Positions 43,592 to 49,188 of a stretch of 49,188 bases of DNA are shown here, piece by piece (positions within the stretch are counted from its first letter, which is position 1; each line of letters starts with the position of its first letter). The DNA lies in NCBI GenBank assembly GCA_035687725.1, contig DASRVB010000148.1:1-49188 (forward strand), in the 5' to 3' direction. A model generated the notes under the pieces. The model worked only from the letters and a program-made list of their open reading frames with translations, did not search any database and was not told the DNA's origin. Source of the DNA: Gemmatimonadota bacterium (GTDB taxonomy: Bacteria > Gemmatimonadota > Gemmatimonadetes > JACCXV01 > JAHWKZ01). The position numbers and the translations under genes are program-made.

Positions 43592-45640
43592 ATGCCCAGG
43601 TTCGAGCTCGTCACCGACCTTTCCCCGCTGGGGGACCAGCCCGCCGCGATTCGGGAGCTGACCGAGGGGCTTCAGGCAGGGCGCCGTTTCCAGACGCTCC
43701 TCGGCGCGACCGGGACGGGCAAGACGTTCACGATCGGCCACGTCATCCGGAACTACGGCCGCCCCACGCTCGTCATGTCCCACAACAAGACGCTCGCGGC
43801 CCAGCTCTACGGCGAGCTCAAGCAGCTGTTCCCCAACAACGCCGTCGAGTACTTCATCTCGTATTACGACTACTACCAGCCCGAGGCGTACATCCCGGCC
43901 ACGGACACCTACATCGAGAAGGACGCGTCGATCAACGAGGACATCGATCGGCTGCGCCTGCGGACGACCTCCTCCCTGATCGAGCGCGAGGACGTGATCG
44001 TGGTCGCCTCCGTCTCGGCGATCTACGGCCTGGGCAGCCCGCGGGAGTATCGCGAGCTGATGGTCGTGGTAGAGAAGGGCCAGCACGCCCCGCGGGAGCA
44101 GATCCTCGAGGAGCTGGTGCGGATCCAGTACCGGCGCGAGGACATCGGCTTCGAGCCCGGCAAGTTCCGGGTGCGCGGCGACGTGATCGAGGTCTTCCCG
44201 GCCTATGAGGAGCAGGCTGTCCGGATCGAGCTGTGGGGCGACGAGGTGGAGCGGATCGCGAAGTTCGATCCCATGCGCGGCACGACGATCCAGGCGCTCG
44301 AGCGGGCGGCCATCTATCCCGCTAAGCACTTCGTCACGACCCGTCCCACGATCGAGGCCGCGATCAAGGACATCAGGTCCGAGCTCGAGGAGCGTCTGGC
44401 GATCCTGCGCGCCGAGGGGCGCATGCTCGAAGCGCACAAGCTGGAGACCCGCACCCGGTTCGACATCGAGATGATGCAGGAGATGGGATACTGCGCGGGG
44501 ATCGAGAACTACTCCCGTCATCTGGCCGGGCGCGCACCCGGCGAGCGGCCGGCGTGCCTGCTCGACTATTTCCCCGACGACTTCCTGCTGGTGATCGACG
44601 AGTCGCACGTGTCGATCCCGCAGATCGGTGGGATGTACGCCGGCGACCGATCGCGGAAGGAGACGCTGGTCGAGCACGGGTACCGGCTGCCATCGGCGCT
44701 GGACAACCGGCCTCTGCACTTCGAGGAGTTCGAACGCTTCATGCGGCGCGCGATCTTCGTCTCGGCCACGCCCGCCGACTACGAGCTCGAGCGCTCCGGG
44801 GGCGTGGTGGTGGAGCAGATCATCCGCCCGACGGGCTTGCTCGACCCCGAGGTATTCGTACGGCCCGTCCGCGGACAGGTCGACGATCTGCTGGAGGAGA
44901 TCCGCGCACGCGAGGCGGTGGGAGAGAAGGTGCTCGTCACGACGCTAACCAAGCGCATGGCCGAGGACCTGTCCGACTATCTGAACGACGTCGGCGTCCG
45001 CGTCCGGTACATGCACTCCGACATCGACTCGATCGAGCGCATGGAGATCCTGCGCGGTCTCCGCACCGACGAGTTCGACGTGCTCGTCGGGATCAACCTG
45101 CTGCGGGAGGGACTGGACCTGCCCGAGGTGTCGCTCGTCGCAGTGCTGGACGCCGACAAGGAAGGGTTCCTCCGCTCGGAGACCTCGCTCATCCAGACCG
45201 CCGGTCGCGCCGCCCGAAACGTCAACGGGCGCGTCATCCTGTACGCGGATCGGGTGACCGACTCCATGCGCCGCATGATGGACGAGACCGATCGCAGACG
45301 CGCGATCCAGCGGGCGCACAACGAGGCGCACGGCATCGTGCCGCAGACGGTGTTCAAGACACGCGAGCAGATCCTCATGAGCACCGCGGTGGCGGACTCC
45401 CGAGGGGGCGGATCGACCAGGGTGCGAGCCGTGAGGGAGCGCGTGAGGGGGCTGACCGGGGAGATCGAGCGCGAGGAGCTGGCGCGTTCGCTGGAGGCCG
45501 AGATGAAGGCCGCCGCCGAGCGGTTGGACTTCCACGCGGCCGCGCTGCTGCGGGATCAGCTGTTCGAGTTGCGCGGCGACGACTCCCGGCGCCGTACCGC
45601 CACGACACTGAGGCAGCGCATCGGGCTCGACGAGGCGTGA
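43592..45640 (+). CDS. uvrB: excinuclease ABC subunit B
   Basis: [14 protein letters not shown], Walker [21 protein letters not shown] beta-hairpin region, DESHVSIPQ, helicase motifs ([17 protein letters not shown]; QTAGRAARN), and a C-terminal UVR domain ([17 protein letters not shown]). Confidence 0.97.
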   Translation: MPRFELVTDLSPLGDQPAAIRELTEGLQAGRRFQTLLGATGTGKTFTIGHVIRNYGRPTLVMSHNKTLAAQLYGELKQLFPNNAVEYFISYYDYYQPEAYIPATDTYIEKDASINEDIDRLRLRTTSSLIEREDVIVVASVSAIYGLGSPREYRELMVVVEKGQHAPREQILEELVRIQYRREDIGFEPGKFRVRGDVIEVFPAYEEQAVRIELWGDEVERIAKFDPMRGTTIQALERAAIYPAKHFVTTRPTIEAAIKDIRSELEERLAILRAEGRMLEAHKLETRTRFDIEMMQEMGYCAGIENYSRHLAGRAPGERPACLLDYFPDDFLLVIDESHVSIPQIGGMYAGDRSRKETLVEHGYRLPSALDNRPLHFEEFERFMRRAIFVSATPADYELERSGGVVVEQIIRPTGLLDPEVFVRPVRGQVDDLLEEIRAREAVGEKVLVTTLTKRMAEDLSDYLNDVGVRVRYMHSDIDSIERMEILRGLRTDEFDVLVGINLLREGLDLPEVSLVAVLDADKEGFLRSETSLIQTAGRAARNVNGRVILYADRVTDSMRRMMDETDRRRAIQRAHNEAHGIVPQTVFKTREQILMSTAVADSRGGGSTRVRAVRERVRGLTGEIEREELARSLEAEMKAAAERLDFHAAALLRDQLFELRGDDSRRRTATTLRQRIGLDEA

Positions 45641-46140
45641 GTCGGGCGCCGGCGATCGTCCGCTGGAGCGCGCGGTCGCGCGACGCTCGCGAGACTGCGG
45701 CGATCGGCGAGGCGCTGGGGCGGACGGCCCCCGACGGCGCGTTGATCCTCCTCGAGGGGGAACTCGGCGCCGGAAAGACGACATTCGCCCAGGGCGTGGG
45801 AGCCGGGTGCGGCGTGTGGGAGCCGGTCACGAGCCCCACCTATAACCTGATCCTACGCTACGCGGGGGAACGCCCCTTCACGCACGTCGATCTGTATCGG
45901 CTCGCCGACGCGTCCGAGCTGGAGACCCTCGATCTCGACGTGGTTCTGGGCGGTAGCGGCGTGACGTGCGTCGAGTGGCCCGAAATCCTCGGCGAGCTGC
46001 ACGACCCGCCCTGGGCGCGGGTCCGCATCGAGCCCGAGTCGGGGCACGCAGGTCCGCGGCGCATCCGATGCGAGTTCAAAGGAGAGGGGTGGGAGACGGC
46101 GATCGCGGCGCTCACCGGATACCGGCAACCGGCGGGTTGA
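45637..46140 (+). CDS. tsaE: tRNA t6A37 biosynthesis ATPase TsaE
   Basis: [16 protein letters not shown]-loop, SPTYNL and HVDLYRL motifs. The GTG start overlaps the uvrB stop (GTGA). Confidence 0.85.
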   Translation: MSRAPAIVRWSARSRDARETAAIGEALGRTAPDGALILLEGELGAGKTTFAQGVGAGCGVWEPVTSPTYNLILRYAGERPFTHVDLYRLADASELETLDLDVVLGGSGVTCVEWPEILGELHDPPWARVRIEPESGHAGPRRIRCEFKGEGWETAIAALTGYRQPAG

Positions 46141-46778
46141 AGGCGCCGAGTTCCGAGGGAGCGGGCCTGTGCGTCGTGCTCGCGATCGACACCGCCACGG
46201 TGCCCGGTGCGGTGGCTCTCCGCGTAGGTGAGAAGACCCGCAGCACGACGCTCGACCGCCGGGCGGCCTTCCGCGAGACGGCTCCCGCGATCGAGGGGCT
46301 GCGCGCGGACGCGGGCCTTGCCTGGTTCGACCTCGGCGCCATCGCGGTACCCGCGGGCCCCGGCTCGTTCACCGGGCTTCGGGTGGGGGCGGCGATGGCG
46401 ATCGCGCTGTCGCGGGTCGCGCGCGTCCCGCTGTGCGGGGTTCCCACCCTGGCCGCTGTCGCCGAAGCCTTCGCGCCGCCCGGGGCGCAGCGTGTCTGTG
46501 CGACACTGGACGCGCGGCGCGGTCGCCGGTACGCGGCGCTCTACGAGCGCGCGGGCGCCGGGCGCTGGAAGCTCCTCGGCGGTCCGCTGGACGCGGATCC
46601 GGAGGCGGTGGATGCGCTGGCCGGCGGAGCCCTGGTGGTGACGCCGGATCCCGCGGCCGCGGCCGGCGTGGTGGTCGCGATCTGCGCGCTGGTTCGGGTG
46701 GACCCCCATGCGTACGCACTGGCCTCGCCCGAAGACCTGGAGCTCGCCTATGCGCGACCCGCGGTCGATGCGCGCTGA
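46137..46778 (+). CDS. tsaB: tRNA t6A37 biosynthesis protein TsaB
   Basis: VLAIDTATVPGAVAL and GPGSFTGLRVGAAMAIAL blocks. I chose TTG 46137, which overlaps the tsaE stop (TTGA). GTG 46176 is a shorter alternative that would better match the usual MxILAIDT N-terminus. Confidence 0.75.
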   Translation: MKAPSSEGAGLCVVLAIDTATVPGAVALRVGEKTRSTTLDRRAAFRETAPAIEGLRADAGLAWFDLGAIAVPAGPGSFTGLRVGAAMAIALSRVARVPLCGVPTLAAVAEAFAPPGAQRVCATLDARRGRRYAALYERAGAGRWKLLGGPLDADPEAVDALAGGALVVTPDPAAAAGVVVAICALVRVDPHAYALASPEDLELAYARPAVDAR

Positions 46779-47250
46779 CGCGCAGATGCCGAAGCCGGTG
46801 GAGTTCCGACCGTGGCGGGAGGATGATCTGGAAGCGGTATGCGAGATCGAGCGCCGAACGTTCCCTCTGCCCTGGACCCGGGAGCAGTTCCGCGACCTGT
46901 TTGCTCATCCCGCCGGACTGGGCTGGATCGCCGTGGGCGCCGATGGCCGCGTCGTCGGGTACGCGATCGGCTGGGTGGCGGCCGACGAAGCCGAGCTCGC
47001 GGACCTCGCCGTATCCGACGAGCTCCGGAACCAGGGGATCGGCGCGGTCCTCGTGCGCGCATTCGCGCGCGAGGCGGGCGTGCGCGGAGCGCGCCGGCTC
47101 TATCTCGAGGTGCGCGTCTCGAACCAGGCGGCGCAACGCTTCTATGAGCGCCTCGGGTTCGGCGTCGTCGGCCGGCGCACGGGGTACTATCGCAACCCTC
47201 CCGAGGACGGGCTGGCGATGGCCCTGGACCTCCCGATGAGCGCCGGGTAG
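46768..47250 (+). CDS. rimI: ribosomal-protein-alanine N-acetyltransferase (GNAT)
   Basis: EIERRTFPLPWTREQF, LADLAVSDELRNQGIGAVLV (acetyl-CoA Q/RxxGxG/A motif), and LEVRVSNQAAQRFYERLGF. It follows tsaE-tsaB as in many bacteria. The start could be ATG 46768 or 46786. Confidence 0.8.
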   Translation: MRADAQMPKPVEFRPWREDDLEAVCEIERRTFPLPWTREQFRDLFAHPAGLGWIAVGADGRVVGYAIGWVAADEAELADLAVSDELRNQGIGAVLVRAFAREAGVRGARRLYLEVRVSNQAAQRFYERLGFGVVGRRTGYYRNPPEDGLAMALDLPMSAG

Positions 47251-47261
47251 CCTTACCGCCG

Positions 47262-48125
47262 ATGACCTGGTTCAAGCGTGAGCGCAAGAAGATCGAGACC
47301 ACCGAAAAGAAGGAGATCCCCGGCGACCTGTGGCAGAAATGCCCGTCATGCGGGGACATCCTGTATCGGAAGGAACTGGCCCAGCGAGCCTGGATCTGCT
47401 CGAAGTGCGGCCACCACTTTCGCGTCGCCGCCGACGACTATCTGGAGATCCTCCTCGACGCGGGCTCGTTCGAAGAGTTCGACGCGGAGCTCGAGAGCGT
47501 AGACGCCCTCGAGTTCGTGGATACGCGTCCCTACCGGGAGCGCCTGGAGCAGTACCGCGAGCGCACCGGCCGCAACGACGCGGTGGTCTGCGGGATCGGG
47601 TCCATCGACGGGATAGAGGTCTCGATCGCCGTGATGGACTTCAACTTCATGGGCGGCAGCATGGGCTCGGTGGTAGGAGAGAAGGTCGCGCGCGCGATCG
47701 AGCGGGCGCTCAGCCGCGAAATCCCGCTGGTCGTCGTTTCGGCGAGCGGGGGGGCCCGCATGCAGGAGGGCGTGCTCTCGCTCATGCAGATGGCCAAGAC
47801 GAGCACCCTCCTCGCGGCGCTCGACCGCCAGGGCCTGCCGTTCGTGTCCGTGAACACCGATCCCACGACCGGCGGGGTGACCGCCTCGTATGCCATGCTA
47901 GGCGACGTGATCTACGCGGAGCCCAGGGCTCAGATCGGCTTCGCCGGACCGCGGGTCATCAAGCAGACGATCGGTCAGGATCTTCCCGACGAGTTCCAGA
48001 CCGCGGAGTTCGTCCTCGAGCACGGCTTCGTCGATGCCGTCGTGCCACGCCTGCGCCTGAAGCGGGTAGTCTCGCGCACGTTGCGCTGGATGCTGGGGCG
48101 GGAGGCACTGCCCGAAGAGTCGTGA
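47262..48125 (+). CDS. accD: acetyl-CoA carboxylase carboxyltransferase beta subunit
   Basis: N-terminal zinc ribbon CPSCGDILYRKEL...ICSKCGHHFR, followed by carboxyltransferase blocks (MDFNFMGGSMGSVVGEK; SGGARMQEG). Confidence 0.93.
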   Translation: MTWFKRERKKIETTEKKEIPGDLWQKCPSCGDILYRKELAQRAWICSKCGHHFRVAADDYLEILLDAGSFEEFDAELESVDALEFVDTRPYRERLEQYRERTGRNDAVVCGIGSIDGIEVSIAVMDFNFMGGSMGSVVGEKVARAIERALSREIPLVVVSASGGARMQEGVLSLMQMAKTSTLLAALDRQGLPFVSVNTDPTTGGVTASYAMLGDVIYAEPRAQIGFAGPRVIKQTIGQDLPDEFQTAEFVLEHGFVDAVVPRLRLKRVVSRTLRWMLGREALPEES

Positions 48126-49188
48126 GCGGCTATCGCACCGCGTTGTCGGCACTCCACGCGCTGGAGACGTTCGGCATGCGGCTGGGACTCGAGAACGTGA
48201 CCGACTACTGCGCGGCCGCCGGACATCCCGAGCGCGCGTGGCCCGCCTTTCACGTAGCCGGGACCAACGGCAAGGGCACGACCGCGGCCTGCCTGGCGTC
48301 GCTCGCGCGCCATCACGGACTGCGCGTGGGTCTCTACACGTCGCCTCACCTGGTTGATTTCCGCGAACGGATCCGGATCGACGGAGAGTCGATCTCGAAG
48401 GAAGGCTTCGTGGCGATGTGGGATCGAGTGGGGCCTTTCGCGGAACGGCGCTCGATGACCTTCTTCGAAGCCGGCACGCTGATGGCCATGGAATGGTTTG
48501 CCGAGCGGCAGGTCGACGTCGCCGTGCTGGAGGTGGGGCTCGGCGGCAGGCTCGACGCCACGAACGTCGTGCTGCCGGAGCTGGCGGTCGTGACGAATAT
48601 CGCGCTCGATCACGAACGGCATCTGGGAACCGATCTCGCGGCGATCGCCCGCGAGAAGGCGGGAATCTTCAAGCCCGGCGTGCCGGCGCTGGTCGGCGAA
48701 GCGGAGGCGCCCGCCGTGCGACAGGAGCTCGTAGCCGTCGCGCGCGAGCGCGGTGCGCCGATTGGATGGCTGCGCGAGGAAGCCGCGTGGGGGATCCGGT
48801 CGATGGAAGCGGGGTGGGCGATCTTCGACTACGAGTCCGATCACGGCCGCCTGGAGGGGATCGCGCTGCCGATGGCGGGCGAGCACTTCGTTGCCGATGC
48901 CGCGCTGGCGCTGCGAGCCTGGGAGCGCTGGCGGGGAGCGATCGATCCGGCGGCCGCGCGGGCTGCCGTGGCCGCAGCGGCACCGCCGGGTCGCATGGAG
49001 CTGCGCTCGGAAGGAGACATCCCGTTCCTCTTCGACGTGGCCCACAACCCGGCGGCGATGGACCGGTTGATCGCCGCGCTTCCGGGGACGGTCGACGAGC
49101 GCTGGACGGTCGTCGCCGGCATCCTGGCCGACAAGCGATGGGAGGAGATGCTGGACGCCCTGCGCCGGGTTTCGCCTCGCGGCCGGCT
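48122..49188 (+). CDS. folC: bifunctional folylpolyglutamate synthase / dihydrofolate synthase (3'-truncated by the window end)
   Basis: It is not in the supplied ORF track because it has no stop in the window. My translation from GTG 48122 (GTGA overlap with the accD stop) gives VSGYRTALSALHALETFGMRLGLENV...FHVAGTNGKGTTAACLA...YTSPHLVDFRERI...LEVGLGGRLDATNV...TNIALDHERHLG...IAREKAGIFKPG. These are the Mur-ligase/FolC motifs. accD-folC adjacency is common. Confidence 0.85.
   Translation, partial: MSGYRTALSALHALETFGMRLGLENVTDYCAAAGHPERAWPAFHVAGTNGKGTTAACLASLARHHGLRVGLYTSPHLVDFRERIRIDGESISKEGFVAMWDRVGPFAERRSMTFFEAGTLMAMEWFAERQVDVAVLEVGLGGRLDATNVVLPELAVVTNIALDHERHLGTDLAAIAREKAGIFKPGVPALVGEAEAPAVRQELVAVARERGAPIGWLREEAAWGIRSMEAGWAIFDYESDHGRLEGIALPMAGEHFVADAALALRAWERWRGAIDPAAARAAVAAAAPPGRMELRSEGDIPFLFDVAHNPAAMDRLIAALPGTVDERWTVVAGILADKRWEEMLDALRRVSPRGR

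Noticed and set aside
1-49188. A scan for tRNA, rRNA, tmRNA, riboswitch-like leaders, IS elements, integrases and prophage genes.
   Set aside because: The intergenic regions are short, mostly under 200 bp. None showed cloverleaf-like or known riboswitch consensus features by eye, and no transposase or integrase motif was seen in any frame. Visual inspection cannot exclude small ncRNAs.

Overview
A 49.2-kb, high-GC (roughly two-thirds G+C by eye) chromosomal segment from a diderm bacterium. The diderm call rests on BamD, LolA, Wza, Wzi, TatA and PpiD. I cannot assign the phylum from sequence alone. I support about 45 protein-coding genes, almost all on the + strand and tightly packed. At least twelve gene junctions are 1-4 nt start/stop overlaps (GTGA, TTGA, ATGA), so many true starts are GTG or TTG internal to the longest ORFs in the supplied track. 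I re-called those starts. Most genes are housekeeping: tatA, ppiD, pepP, efp, accB, accC, accD, folC (partial, absent from the ORF track), ftsK, secA, rho, radC, rel, lolA, uvrB, tsaE, tsaB, rimI, nadD and bamD. Interleaved with them are envelope-polysaccharide functions. These include a Wzc tyrosine autokinase, a CpsB-type phosphatase, Wza and Wzi. They also include nucleotide-sugar precursor enzymes for UDP-GlcA/GalA, UDP-GlcNAcA/GalNAcA, UDP-Xyl, GDP-4-keto-6-deoxy-Man and ADP-heptose, plus a PAPS module (sat-cysC fusion and cysQ). I found no rRNA, tRNA, CRISPR array, transposase, integrase or obvious prophage. The most interesting locus is at 18.7-22.8 kb. It holds two tandem radical-SAM genes; the larger has the block order I recall for the archaeal tetraether-lipid synthase family (Tes / GDGT-MAS, MJ0619-like). 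An NfuA Fe-S carrier gene lies convergent to the pair. Secondary points: a low-GC, self-contained transcription unit encoding a small basic protein between radC and rel; a Rho that lacks the N-terminal helical subdomain; accB and accC separated by pilT-cysQ-sat/cysC; and a translationally coupled wzi-DUF4254-TPR lipoprotein-bamD chain followed by nadD. All family assignments come from motif recognition by eye, with no database search.
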